From Mizuhopecten yessoensis (Eukaryota), in contig NW_018404492.1 of assembly GCF_002113885.1 (NCBI RefSeq), positions 2,650,506 to 2,713,542 of the forward strand: DNA of 63,037 bases, written 5' to 3'. Within the stretch, counting starts at the first letter, position 1. Every line of letters starts with the position of its first letter. Shown piece after piece: positions 1-12,429 of this stretch. The notes beneath the pieces were generated by a model that did no database searches, was not told the DNA's origin, and worked only from the letters and a program-made list of their open reading frames with translations. Position numbers and translations under genes: made by a program.

Positions 1-370
1 TTTGAGTGTCAACTCATATTTTTGCGCAGTTTGTGTGCCTTTTACCCATCTGCNNNNNNNNNNNNNNNNNNNNNNNNNNNNNNNNNNNNNNNNNNNNNNN
101 NNNNNNNNNNNNNNNNNNNNNNNNNNNNNNNNNNNNNNNNNNNNNNNNNNNNNNNNNNNNNNNNNNNNNNNNNNNNNNNNNNNNNNNNNNNNNNNNNNNN
201 NNNNNNNNNNNNNNNNNNNNNNNNNNNNNNNNNNNNNNNNNNNNNNNNNNNNNNNNNNNNNNNNNNNNNNNNNNNNNNNNNNNNNNNNNNNNNNNNNNNN
301 NNNNNNNNNNNNNNNNNNNNNNNNNNNNNNNNNNNNNNNNNNNNNNNNNNNNNNNNNNNNNNNNNNNNNN

Positions 371-568
371 CATGAGATCAGGGCCCTTGCTGCGTCATGG
401 GCCCTCCTCAATGGGTCCCCCTTTCAGGAGGTCATGTCCGCAGCTTTCTGGCGCGGACAGACTACCTTCACGGATTTTTATCTCCGGTCCTTGGCCTCTC
501 ATTCTGATGGATTGTATTCCCTTGGACCGGTGGTGGTTGCACAGTCTGTGGCTGTTCCTCCACAGTAA
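371..568 (+). CDS. DIRS-type tyrosine recombinase, C-terminal fragment (5' part lost in N gap)
   Basis: HEIRALAASWAL...AAFWRGQTTFTDFYLR matches the H-x-x-R...W...F-Y(L/R) catalytic C-terminus of DIRS1 recombinases. Confidence 0.85.
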   Translation, partial: HEIRALAASWALLNGSPFQEVMSAAFWRGQTTFTDFYLRSLASHSDGLYSLGPVVVAQSVAVPPQ

Positions 569-1124
569 TTCAGTGATTTTAAATAGTATGCTATCAGGCA
601 CCACGGTGGTACACCTGCTCGTTTCACGGGGAGGTTTTCCATTTTTTAATTACTTTCGGGGCTTTATTAGGGGGGTTCCTTGAACCTTTTCCCTACCTTG
701 AGCATGTCTCGAGTTTGTTCCGTCAGCCTGGTCTGCCTGGATTCGAAGCCTCCACTACGGTAAGACGAATTCGCATACTAAAGTTATGGTAATTATTACT
801 GAAATGAAATTGAGGTTTTTGAAGTAAAACCAATTTTCATGATGTAATACTTACCATAACTTTATGGAGTCCCACCCTGTATTCCTCCCCTTGCCTCCTC
901 ATCCTGGCTGCCTTTAGGCTCCATAAAAGGGGGTTTGAGGAAGGGAGATCACTCCGTGGCTCTGTCATCGAGATAGAGGTTACGTCACGGTAGGGAGGTA
1001 GGGATATTTGAATCTTTTGTTTTTCCGGCTACAAAGATGGGTGTAGGTATTGTATATGCATACTAAAGTTATGGTAAGTATTACATCATGAAAATTGGTT
1101 TTACTTCAAAAACCTCAAATTTTT
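371..1124 (+). mobile_element. 3' end of a DIRS-like retrotransposon with internal complementary region
   Basis: Recombinase ORF end; 810-864 is the exact reverse complement of 1064-1118; direct repeat gcatactaaagttatggtaa at 773 and 1058; ends in a T run. Confidence 0.8.
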
Positions 1125-1750
1125 CACAGCGCGGAAATGCTGGTGTTTCTTGCATTAGGTTAATTAGTGCAAAAAAATCAACATGCAAATATCTCTATAT
1201 GAATTATATCAATAAAGATATTTGATAGATGCAAAAAAAATCCTTACTGTGATCAGTTTAAAATGTCAAAATGTGAACATTTCCATTTGCTAAAGCCTCC
1301 ACATTTACTTTAGTTAGTACGTTATTAGGATAATGTGATCTGGTAGGGTGTGCTGATACCATATCCAGGCTATGACATTTCAGTGAGATGACACTATAAA
1401 GTGGATCTGGACTTGCCCCTTGACATCTATCGACACTGTCTTTATGTGACCAAAGCTGTTGTGAGGATGCAAAATCATAAACAAACTTCCATTGATTTTG
1501 ATGTTAATCTTTTCACCATTAATGGCAACGTTGCTCCCCCCAAACACAACTCACAGCCAATCTGTCAATTCTGTGTGAATGGTAACAGGCTTGTTTGATT
1601 ACCTATTCTGAACATCTATAAATCAAGGCGCTGTTAATGAATCAGAAAGATTGTATCGGCAGTAATTATTTGAAAAGGTTGATGTGGACTTGAGTAATAC
1701 TCATTGGTATGAACATTTGGTCATCAGTCTTACAACAGACATCATATCTC

Positions 1751-2990
1751 TATCAGCTCACCGAGTCCGAAGGACCAAGGTGAGCTTATGCCATACCGTG
1801 GCATCTGTCGTCCGTCTGTCAACAATTTCTTTAAGCGACTTTTTCTTAACCACTGATTGGAATTTAACTAAATTTGACTGGAAGCATCCTTAGGTGGTGG
1901 AGATTCAAAATTGTACAAATGGTTGGGCTGACCCACCAGAGGGCTGAGGGGCGGGGGCAATTTGGCTATATTGCTTTAAGGGACTTCTCTGGAACTAAGA
2001 GATGGATATCAACCATATTTGACTGGAAGCATCCCTAGGTGGTGGAGATTCAAAATTGTACAAATGGTTGGGCTGACCCACCAGGGGGCTGAGGGGCGGG
2101 GCCAAAAGGGAGCATTTTGGCTATATTGCTATAAACAACTTTTTTTGTAGAACTATGCCATGAATATTGATCATATTTGGTCGGAAGCATTCATGGGAGG
2201 CAGGGATTCAAAATTGTACAAATGGTGGGGCTGACCCCCCGGGCTAAGGGGTGGGGCCAAAAAAAGATCTCCACCATATAACCATATATACAATTGCTGA
2301 GTATAAAGAGAAGAATGCACATTTACTTCCAGGATGGCCCTAGGGTCTGGCCCCACCTTTGGATACATAGTCCCTTGGCCATAACTTTTAAAAACGGTTG
2401 AGATCCCCACCCCAAAACTATATATATAAATGCTTGGCATAAAGAGACGAATGCAGTCATGATATTAGAATAGACCTTGGGGTCTGACCGAACCCCTAGG
2501 GACCTTGTTTCTTAGTCACAGCTTGGAAACAGTTGAGATACCCATCCTATAACCATATATAAAAATTGCTGAGTATAAAGAGATGAATGCACATATGCTT
2601 CCAGGATGGCCTTGGGGACCGCCCCTACCTTGGAGACTTAACCCCTGGGTCATAACTTTGAAACAGTTGAGATCCCCACCCCAAAAATATATATATACAA
2701 ATGCTGGGCAAACAGACACAAATGCAGTTAGCTAGTCATGATATTATAATTGATCCTGGGGTCTGGCTACAACCCTAGGGACCTAGTTTCTGAGTTACAG
2801 CTTGGAAACAGTTGAGATCCCCACCCCATGACCATACATAAAATTGCTTGGCATGAAAAATCTAATACAGATATGCTACAAGGATTGGCCTTGGGGTCTG
2901 GCATATTCTCTTGGATCTCATTTGGAGAATATTTTGCCATGATTGCTTAGATATCCAGGTGAGCGATACAGGTCCTCTGGGCCTCTTGTT
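1751..2990 (+). mobile_element. Non-autonomous Helentron-type element (HINE/pearl-like) with internal tandem repeats
   Basis: 5' gctcacc...ggtgagc inverted repeat followed by gtccgtctgtc; internal degenerate ~160-180-bp repeats; 3' caggtgagcgatacaggtcctctgggcctcttgtt hairpin end. Confidence 0.7.
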
Positions 2991-3114
2991 TATATTTCTT
3001 TTGTGGTGAACTATCTTTAAATCTTAGTCTGCTTTTAGAAGTTAAGTAGCAAAACTTATTGGATTGCTTTGTTTTTTCATGTCTTGCAGCTTTTTAATGT
3101 TTGATGATTTTCAG

Positions 3115-3240
3115 GTAACTGTATCGGAGGAGTCTGGCATTGTGAGTTTAATGGTTGTAAGGGCACAGGGTGCCATGGGTCTGGTGTCGGTGGAGTGGAG
3201 AGCAACTGATGGAACAGCCCTCAACAACAAGGACTACTCT
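3115..3240 (+). CDS. ADGRV1: ADGRV1 exon (Calx-beta)
   Basis: ttcag|VTVSEESGIVSLMVVRAQGAMGLVSVEWRATDGTA...DYS|gtaagt. Confidence 0.85.
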
Positions 3241-3314
3241 GTAAGTACAGGTGGTTGGGGGATTAATTGAACACCCCTTGTTGCTAGGGAAGAACACTTC
3301 CAGTATATGTCTAG

Positions 3315-4120
3315 TTTTTATACCGCCAGCAACGAAGTTAGGGGGGAGGGGGGTATACTGGAATCAGATTGTCTGTCCGTCTGTGACGGAATGTAGTACC
3401 TTGTACTCCACCTAAACTGCTGGATGGATTTCAATTGAATTTGCTGATAACAATCCTTGCAGCTTGGAGATGTGCTTAAAGTACTTTTCATTGGGTTATC
3501 TCACCTTTTCACAAAGTTATGGCCCTTGGTTCATAAACCTCATTTTATATTCAATTCCTTTCAAATTTGGTATGGTAATACTAGAAAGCAATAATGTTTA
3601 GCATATGTAACGGGATTTTTGTCAGATTTCAACTTAATTACCGTAGGTATTTTGTATACACATATACCATGGAATATTGTAGGGATTAATGAAAGCTACT
3701 CCACTGACAAACTTCAGAGGTCTTAGGGTCAAAGGTCACGAATGAATTGTGTTAATGAAATGGCTAAATATCTCGGAAACGGAAGGTATTTTGTATATAC
3801 ATATACGTTAAAATATTGAAGGCTGTAATGCAATCTACTCTACTGACAGCTTCAGAGGTCGTGGGGTCAGAGATCAAAGGTCTTAAATGAATTATGTTAC
3901 CGAAACGGCTAATTATTTTGGAAACAGTAGATATTTTGTATACACATATGCAGGCTATATTGTGACAAACCAAGGTCATAAGGTTAAAGGTCAAAGGTCA
4001 CAGATGCATTATGTTACTGAAATGGCTAATTATGGCAGAAATGGTAGGTACTTAGTATACACATACCTTGGTACAAGCTAAATTGTGACCAAATTCCGAG
4101 GTCAAAGGTCACAGTAGTGG
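3315..4120 (+). mobile_element. Degenerate HINE/DINE-1-like element
   Basis: ttttatacc...ggtatactggaatc start, ctgtccgtctgt microsatellite and repeated ggtcaaaggtcac units; boundaries approximate. Confidence 0.5.
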
Positions 4121-4755
4121 TGTTTGTCTTTTCCATCGGTCTGTCGATACAGCATCTGAGGTTAGACTTTTTCATGACCCTTTATCTTTCTATATATTTT
4201 TTCCCTTGTTTATTTAGCCCCTACAGGGGCAACAAGTAGCCGAAATGGGGGTGGGTGGGTGTTATTAATTAGCGACAGTTCTAGTTGAGAGAGGTGAGGT
4301 GTGGTGGTTGGCCCAAGAGAAGGAAAGAGAGTAAGTGAAAATCTTAATATGGGAGAGACAAATGAAATTGATGCAGACTGTCTGTAAAATATCTTTACTT
4401 TTGTTGCAGTGTTACTACATTCATCGTACATCATAATGTCATGAAAAATCACATGGTTTCTATATTCTGTTCATGTTTATATAAACATTAGAAAGGACTG
4501 TTAAACAAAGCAGTGCCAGGAATGTGTTTTACTTCCTGGCTCCGGGGTCATGAATGTTTGTTAAGGAAAATCTTTCAGTATCTTGAGATTTTCCATTTTG
4601 ATAGGAAAGCATTGTTGAAATTGAAGGAAAATCTCTTTAAATTTAGTTTGTCCTTGCCTCAAATATGGAAAAGTTGAAGTAAGGAATTTCTAAAATTTAA
4701 GGAATGTTCATGAAACTTGGTCCAGGAGTAGTATCCCTCCCTATTGAAATGTTTC

Positions 4756-4997
4756 CTAAGGTTTACGTCTAGGGATCTCACACATGAAGTTTTTGGATTC
4801 TGTACACATGGCATCATGCCACAGATGATTGGAATCGCGTGCCATAAAAACACACTGCAGGGACTCCTCGTTAGGCTCGTCTGGTGCCCATTTTATAAAC
4901 GCAAAAGGCTGCATCAGAATCTCCGATTTCCACATCCACTGACGTGTGGTGTCGTGGAACGTTCCGCTCATCCACCATCCGTTCACCTTTTGGTACA
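4756..4997 (-). CDS. Nested C-type lectin gene, last exon (C-terminal half of CTLD)
   Basis: ttacag acceptor, phase 1; WWMSG...WAPDEPN...QCV...WHDAMC...FMCE motifs, then TAG stop. Confidence 0.9.
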
Positions 4998-6030
4998 CTG
5001 TAATACAATAGTACTGTGGACATTAGGGAGGTCGAGGAAAATGAATTTAAGGTAAAGATATTCAGCAACTGTGTAGGTTTGGCAACCTGTGGAATTGCAT
5101 ACTAAAAAAATGTTGTACTTTTGACATTTTTAAGATAATTTTCTTATATTGTAAACCACTGAGATCATTGGATGATTTTTCAGCTGCAATTAATGCTTAT
5201 ACTGATAAAGAGGTGTAATTCTATCTACTTCCAAATTAGTACATAAATGTTCTTTCTACCATGAAGCTTTATAGTTATGGTAAAGTGGTTGTTGTTGATT
5301 AAAGATTCATATCATCCTGTTTCAGTAAAATAAAAATAAACATATTTTGTACCTAAATTCCTCTTTTGAATATGTCAAATAATATATTGATGTAGTGTAA
5401 CAGATTTAGTATTACTATAACTTTAATCATGTGTGTTTCTCATGTAACAAGTACAGATTGTCTGTCCCCAAATATTCTCATTTATCAAGTGTGCCATTTC
5501 CTTCTTGGTTTTGAATTAATATAATGAATGCATCTGTACCATTAGATAAACAGATAATTTCACTTCAATGTTTGTTATTGTACAAGAGGGAAAATCCATG
5601 GCAGTGCAATAACTAATATATAGTGGTAAGCATAAGGACACAAATTAAACACAGAGAAAATTGGTGTTTAAGGCCTAGGGCCAGAGAACAAGAACGTTTG
5701 AGTGGTCAGTTGGCACAGTGGAAAACGCACTGGCCTTTCACCAAGGTGGCAGGGGTTGGACATGAAAAGGTATTGGGTTACTTGCCTGACCATGTGATTT
5801 TCATAGGGTAATCTGGTTTCTTCCAACATTAAGACCCCCTTTGCACTAAAATCTTGCCCAACAAGAGTGACTAATTTAACTTTTAAAAACTTATTTAAAA
5901 ATTGTTGTTAAATGAATCAAGTGGATATCTATTAAAATTGTGGGGATTAAAAGATACAACTTGCAGAGATGTTTTATGATAAGTGAGAGTTGCTGACAAT
6001 AAATGTGAGACCTACAATAGTAAGACCTAC

Positions 6031-6622
6031 CTGGTGAGTTTTTGATGATAAAAGCCAGCAGATTGTGTTCCTTCTCATTTTTGAGGCTGACGAGTTCACT
6101 CTCCAGGGCGGCACAGTAGTCGCGAGCCTCGTACCAGGTCGCGTTAAAGTTGGACAGCATGTAACAGGAGTCCCAGCTCTTAACAAACTCAAATCCATGC
6201 GGACATCTGAGTCCACCATCGCGACCCTCGGCATCTAGCTTAGACTGATCTTGACCGTCAAGATTATCAAGTTTGTCCTCAAGTCTGCGCAACCCTCTGT
6301 GGAGACGTTTGGACAAATCTCCCATAGATTTCACCAGGTTGCTTTGAACTCTTATTAAGCGCCGTCTGATTTTGTGAAGTTCAACGGAAACATTGTGTGT
6401 TTCTATGCTAGCTGTAGACCTTTTTTTTCGACTTCCAATCCTGTCATTTTCTGATTTCTTGAAGTAGTTTTCTTGACTGTTTTCTTTGCATCCTTCGCCA
6501 AAGCTCTCAGTCAGTGTAAATTTGTACTGACAACTGTCTATTTGAAGTTGACAAGACGGCAAAGGATTGTTTACCTGCTGTGAAACTTGTATCAAAGCGA
6601 AGAAGAAGAAGAGCATCCACAT
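6031..6622 (-). CDS. Nested C-type lectin gene, first coding exon (signal peptide, coiled coil, N-terminal half of CTLD)
   Basis: ATG at 6622, hydrophobic MWMLFFFFALIQVS, RKKR site, heptad-rich helix, CPHGF..SCY..TWYEARDYC; phase-1 gtaggt donor; joined protein 277 aa. Confidence 0.9.
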
Positions 6623-7793
6623 TTTAACAGCGTATGATTTTCTCAAGGTTTACCTGATGAACTATGTATGCCTCCCAGGGTGTGTAGATAGAGACTGTTG
6701 CTTCGATTGCATATTTAGCGTTATTGCGTCAATGACTCAAAGAATGTAACTAAAAATGTTAAAACCAACAAGGGTATTCATGATAAGGTTTTCACTTTTA
6801 TACTGTCAACAAATCTCTCGGTTAAGGACATCTGTTAAAATGTTATGAGGCTTCACATCTTTGTGTTTGGATTCATACTGTGATGCACCTATACACACAA
6901 AATGAAATTGAATTGCTTCCGGTGAGAACTTTATAAAACCAGATCTAATTCACTGTTGACTTTAATTCCATATTTCGCAGGGCTCAGTAAGGGGAATGGC
7001 ATTTATCTTCAATTTTCTTTTGTGATTTTTGGCACTTGAATAAAATGACAAATGCTTAAAAATGTGGGAGTGATCATTTAAACACATAGCCAAAAGATGA
7101 TAAATTCGGAACTATGTGCAGTAGCTGGTTACAAGAATAAGAGGGTCCTATTATTTCCTCATTGGAATGAAATTAGTAGGGTCTCACTAATCCCTGGACA
7201 AGACTAGTGTCCAATACAGAGGGGGTTGTATAGGGTTGTGTGTTATAGGGGGTGACAACTGTTGGATGTTAGTCTATACAGTGTACAGTATCAGTGTTCG
7301 ATATGGTGTACCTGTAAATACAGGTGATATGGTCACAGAGCAGGATTCCCCACCCACAAAGTTAAATGTAGCGTAATTCTATAATCCCTCCTAGGCCAGC
7401 TGTCCATGCATAGAGGTGTAGCATTGATTGTATCATTGAACATAATTGTTGAAGTAAGTTCTGTATAGCAAGGTGTAAAGCAAAATGGGTATGGAGAAAA
7501 TACATTCCTTGGGTTAACTCTTTCACCCCTGTGGAACTTCAAATGACTCTACTGTGCATTGATCAGGAGGAGTCCATAATGGTCTGCAGGGGTGAAAGGG
7601 TTCAGATTTCGCCATCACTTAAAGGAACTGTTATTAGATATAATCTTTGTATGTATTATCTGTTGTTCAAGGTTGCTTATGTTATTACATTAAAGTAGAA
7701 ATTCCTAGCACTCTGTGTTGTGTCTCCAACAAAAGAGAGTTCCAATATGTATTTTTCTGAGTTGGAGTTTACCATTTACTATAATATGTAAAG

Positions 7794-8705
7794 GTTATTG
7801 CATGGTTTTCGAGTAACAAGGGATTTATTACACCCGAGTGAAGCGAGGGTGTAATAAGTCCCAAGTGACGAGAAATCATGCAATAACTGGCTTACTGCAT
7901 GCTTCCCAACTCGAACCAAAACAGAAAAATTGAGTAAAAAATGTTCACCTGGACAATCTTTTTACCTACCCTACACTGCAGATAATTTACATGTGTGAGT
8001 GAGTACTAATCAGAACCAGGTAAGTTTGTCTTTATTCTCAATAGCCAAGTCTGAGTGTATCCTTCATAATGGATACAAGTGTTTTTGGATTACTATCCAG
8101 CTCCAGTGTCAGGGAAGGTAAGGAGTGTCTTGTTCAACAATTAGAACAAAATACAGGAAATAATGTTGAATTTCTGACTACATTTTCAGTTTAATTTTCA
8201 AGATGTGGCAAAGGTACAGGATATTGAAACCATTTTCATACATACAATGTAAGGGTTTATCAATCCCTAAGGAATTCCATTTCTTTCAATGAATGGTATA
8301 TTTGAATGGTCAATTTTGTATAAATAAACAGCTCCTAAAGATTATAAACTTTTCCAGGAAATGCTTATCCTCTCAAGTGATAACGAAATCAATATCGCTG
8401 CCAACTTAGTAATTTTGTTTGTTTGTTTTTCAATCATGAAATTAACAAAAAAAATCCTTTTTTTTTCCTGATTTTAAATGTGTCAATTAAGTTTATCCTT
8501 TCCACTGTATTGACTTCATCGTTACTCACTGATTGATTATCTCCCCTTTCTTACTGTATTTGTGACCACAGTCCACTGGGCACACCCCCTTTCATGGTCA
8601 TGTAATCATGATTGGCCATGGATTATGTGTGCGGTGGACTGTGGTAGCAAGTGATTTATTGCCCACACTTTTCCATTGTGAGAGGTGGGAAGTATGCAGT
8701 AAAGA
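7794..8705. mobile_element. Palindrome-headed non-autonomous repeat (possibly Crypton-like)
   Basis: Imperfect ~42-bp-arm hairpin at 7794-7887; ttactgcatgcttc (~7892) pairs with gaagtatgcagtaa (~8690). Confidence 0.4.
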
Positions 8706-9931
8706 GTTTTATAGGAAAGCTAGTTCACAGAACATCTCTACCACAGGGATTTAATCTCCAGACCGCTTGGATTTTAAAATAGGGAACATAACTGCTTCAA
8801 AAGATGTCATAGCATTGCTTGGGTTATTTCCAAAGAGCTCTAACTCCTTAAAAGACCCACAGCATATAATTGTACTTGAATACATAGGAAATAACATGAA
8901 TGAAACAAGAAAATAACTCCCTACCATAATTAATGTTAATTAGTCGGCATTGGGACTATTTCTGTCTAGGACATAAATTATACAACATAATTGTATGTTG
9001 TACATTGTAGTACATGTTTTATTATGTCCATGTTAATGTTATGTTAATAAGCCCATTTAATAACTGTTAGAATGTGTTTACTTTGACCCTCGAGTGAATT
9101 CCCATGTTAAACAGCTGCATTGAAGGTCACATAAGGTCACTCTAACTACTTGTTTTATATATATCTTCGATCAAATATCCATTTCATAATCGTATTTAAG
9201 GTATGACAATACCTCAAATGAATGAACAAACAAGGGAATTGTTATCATATAAGATACCTTATTAGGTTTTTACCATGTGTTTTCTCTCCATGAAAAAAGT
9301 TATAATGGACTTGTATTATTTCCTGCTCAAATATCTATTAATTATATGTGAGATATTTCAATTAAGAATGTTTACATGAATAAATATGAAAAACATTGTA
9401 TAAGTAAGTTATTCAGAATAATATGTATGCAATATTCTAACACAAATACTGAACTGCTTCCTGCTGGCTAGTAAATGAAATAGTGAATGCTATCAAGCTT
9501 GACTGGTACGTTTAATTTTCTTCATCGTTCAAATCTATTTTCCAATTTCCCACATTATGATACAGAGGTAAATAATACAATCACAAAAACAGGGGTGATC
9601 CATTCACTGTTTCAAATTTTGTTAACAGATTACAGACTAAAGGGAGACAACTCTCCATTACATCAGTGCAAGGCTGGGGTGCAATTCGTTTAATACTTTC
9701 GAAATTTCATGTATTATTTTAGGCAAATAATTTCAGTCCAAGAAACTAACATTGGTCGAAGGTAAAATATGATGAAAATTAATAAGTATCATATCATCTG
9801 ACCTAATTTTTACTCATGTGTTATAGTTACTTGTGTAACATGGTTCTGGTTTATGACGTGTACTCATTGGGCCATCCTGATGGTCAGTATTCAAGCTCTT
9901 CTTAATGATAAATTTGATTTAAAAATTCCAG

Positions 9932-10204
9932 GCAGGAGTTGGGCGTCTGACATTTCAGGCCAGCCAATTGTATGACTTCATCAACATTGCCATCGTGGAC
10001 AACAATCTCCCAGAGGACCAGAAGTATTTCAGTGTTGACCTGCTGAACCCTACAGGTGGGGCAGCTATAGGGGTGGCATCCTCCATCACCGTCACCATCG
10101 ACCACTCAGATGGAGCCTTTGGTGTGTTTGAATTTGAAACGTCTTCTCTTAATGTAGAGACGGAGGAGGTTGGAGATTCCGGATTCAGCACAGTCATAAT
10201 ACAG
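9932..10204 (+). CDS. ADGRV1: ADGRV1 exon (Calx-beta)
   Basis: ccag|AGVGRLTF...DNNLPEDQKYF...SDGAFGVFEF...IIQ|gt. Confidence 0.88.
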
Positions 10205-10680
10205 GTCAGAACTGTTTAGTACTCCTTTATTTATACACATGCATTATAATGTATTTGTTATCAGGTGCTGGTCGCAGGTTGATGGATGTTTCCACCAGTC
10301 ACTCTCGTTTTCCACCACCGCAAAAACCTAGTCGACCTTAAATAACCATAGCTGTTAATTGGATGTAAAGGACAAACAAACTAAACCCTGTACATTTCTT
10401 GCTGTTGAAATTAAATTATTTAACAGTATACATCTTCTATAAATGGAATATAAACATTTGCATGAGATTTGCCTGCACAAATTTATTATCTGCGCATTTC
10501 ACATTCGGTGGGGGACTATAATTCGCCAAATTGTTTTGTTCATTTATGTTCCCCCTTAAAGCTTATGTAAACATTTGCTGATTGCCCAAAACATTAAAAG
10601 TTGTTTCATACTTCAGAAGAAAAGCTTGTGGATTTTTTGTCAGGCATTTCATCATACACTGGTCTTTATTTTTTGGTTAG

Positions 10681-10884
10681 ATTATACGTAAGCAGGGCAG
10701 CTTGGGAGCATCCAATGTGACCTGGCAGATTTTAGGTCAACCTGACAATGATGTCTTAGAAACCACAGGAAATGTGACCTTTAACCATGATGTTACCATG
10801 GCAACATTTGAGGTGAAAATCCGTGGGGACACCGTACCAGAACTAGACGAACTCTTCCAAATACAGCTGTCAGCAGTTAGCAGG
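10681..10884 (+). CDS. ADGRV1: ADGRV1 exon (Calx-beta)
   Basis: ttag|IIRKQGSLG...GDTVPELDELF...VSR|gt. Confidence 0.88.
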
Positions 10885-11252
10885 GTGTGTTGTCATAGTT
10901 GCTGTGTAAAATCTCACAGAATTCTTAACGTTCTAATTGTTTTTGTGACTGAGCTGTATGTTTACTTTGAAAGTTCAATATCTGGAATTCCTGATCAGAA
11001 AACTGTCTAGTTTCACTGTAACAATATGAATTTAATCTATTACTTTTAGCTCCATGCTGAGTATAACTCATTGTTAAAATTTCAGCAATTGTCAAGTACC
11101 CATTCATCAATCCCAATAAAGAGATGTTCCATGCTTCTAAGATAGAATCTATTATCAAGTTCGATTTATGGGACACATTATGTTATAAATGAGTTTGGTT
11201 AACTTGGTTGTACATGTTACATGACTTGTATAAACTGTTATTTTTGTTACAG

Positions 11253-11376
11253 GGAGGTCTGGCTGGGCCAGATTTGATTACAGCTAAGCTGATCATCAAG
11301 GCCAATGATAATCCCTATGGAATGTTTGTCGTTGCCGATGACCAACGCCCTGTCATTGTTACAGAAGCACTCAAAA
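11253..11376 (+). CDS. ADGRV1: ADGRV1 exon (Calx-beta)
   Basis: acag|GGLAGPDLITAKLIIKANDNPYGMF...|gtaaga; not in the ORF track. Confidence 0.85.
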
Positions 11377-11709
11377 GTAAGATTTGAGACAAAATAAGGA
11401 TGGTACATTTTTGACACCTGCATTAGGTTACGCTAGTGACCTAACGCAAGTGTATAGGGGATTGCGCATACTACGGAATTTGCTTAACGTGGAACTGCAC
11501 TATCGATACATACACCATCTATGACTATATATAGTCTTTCTGTCCTTATATGGCAGCTGATATCTCCTTATATGGATGTCATTCATTCACATTTCATTCA
11601 TATGCAAATGTTTTTGGCGGTGACCCCTAGCATTTTCATTATAATCAGACATGATGTTTTAATAAAATCTTTTTTTACATGAATCAAAAATCTGAATGAT
11701 CTCTTACAG

Positions 11710-11994
11710 ATATAACCATCACCATAGAGAGGAAGCAAGGACAATTTGGTGTTGTGGATGTCGGCTATAAAACATTGACGCCACTGGAGTCGCCTCCCTT
11801 TATTTCTAGCACAGTTGTTAGGGCAAGTGACAAGGACTTCCGTGCAGCCGAGGGAACAGTCAGGTTTGCTGCTGATCAATCAGAGGGAACCTTTGTGGTT
11901 CTGATTCTGGAAGACGAGGAACCAGAAAGTGACGAGTCTGTCTTTGTGCAACTGACACAAGTCAGCATTGTTACTGCTGCTCAAGCAAACCCAG
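11710..11994 (+). CDS. ADGRV1: ADGRV1 exon (Calx-beta)
   Basis: acag|ITITIERKQGQFG...EDEEPESDESVF...|gtaaga. Confidence 0.88.
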
Positions 11995-12256
11995 GTAAGA
12001 TCACCAGATAGGCAAACTTAGGTTAGAAAAGCTGTACAACATAGGTAACGTTCCAAAATCTTTAATAACCAGTAATATAATAACAAACATACATTTGTAG
12101 GTCCCTTTAAGGTTTGGTTGTAAAAGACTCGAACAGAGAGTGGACAAAATTTCAGAAAATTGTATAGTTTCCATAGATGATACATTTATTGTGGTGAAAG
12201 AATGAGCAGGAAAGTGGGATTCTTGTGGAATAATGAGTGTTTTCTTATGGTTGCAG

Positions 12257-12429
12257 TGCCCAACTCCCCCATGCTTGGTATCGCGGCTGAGAGATATGGT
12301 CAGATAATCATAGACCACAACGACAACGCTCATGGTATCCTGGAGATCACACCACTGTCAGTGAATACAGAGGAGTCCAAACTAAACCCAGATGTAAACG
12401 TCACTAGGAAGGGTGGAACCTTTGGGGAG
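12257..12429 (+). CDS. ADGRV1: ADGRV1 exon (Calx-beta)
   Basis: gcag|PNSPMLG...NDNAHGIL...RKGGTFGE|gtaaga. Confidence 0.88.

Noticed and set aside
2-683. ORFs spanning the N gap
   Set aside because: Their length comes from Ns; only the 371-568 recombinase frame is supported.
5891-6030. C-terminal tail of the 251-aa lectin ORF (GRSYYCRSH...)
   Set aside because: Intron read-through; the CTLD is completed by splicing to 4997.
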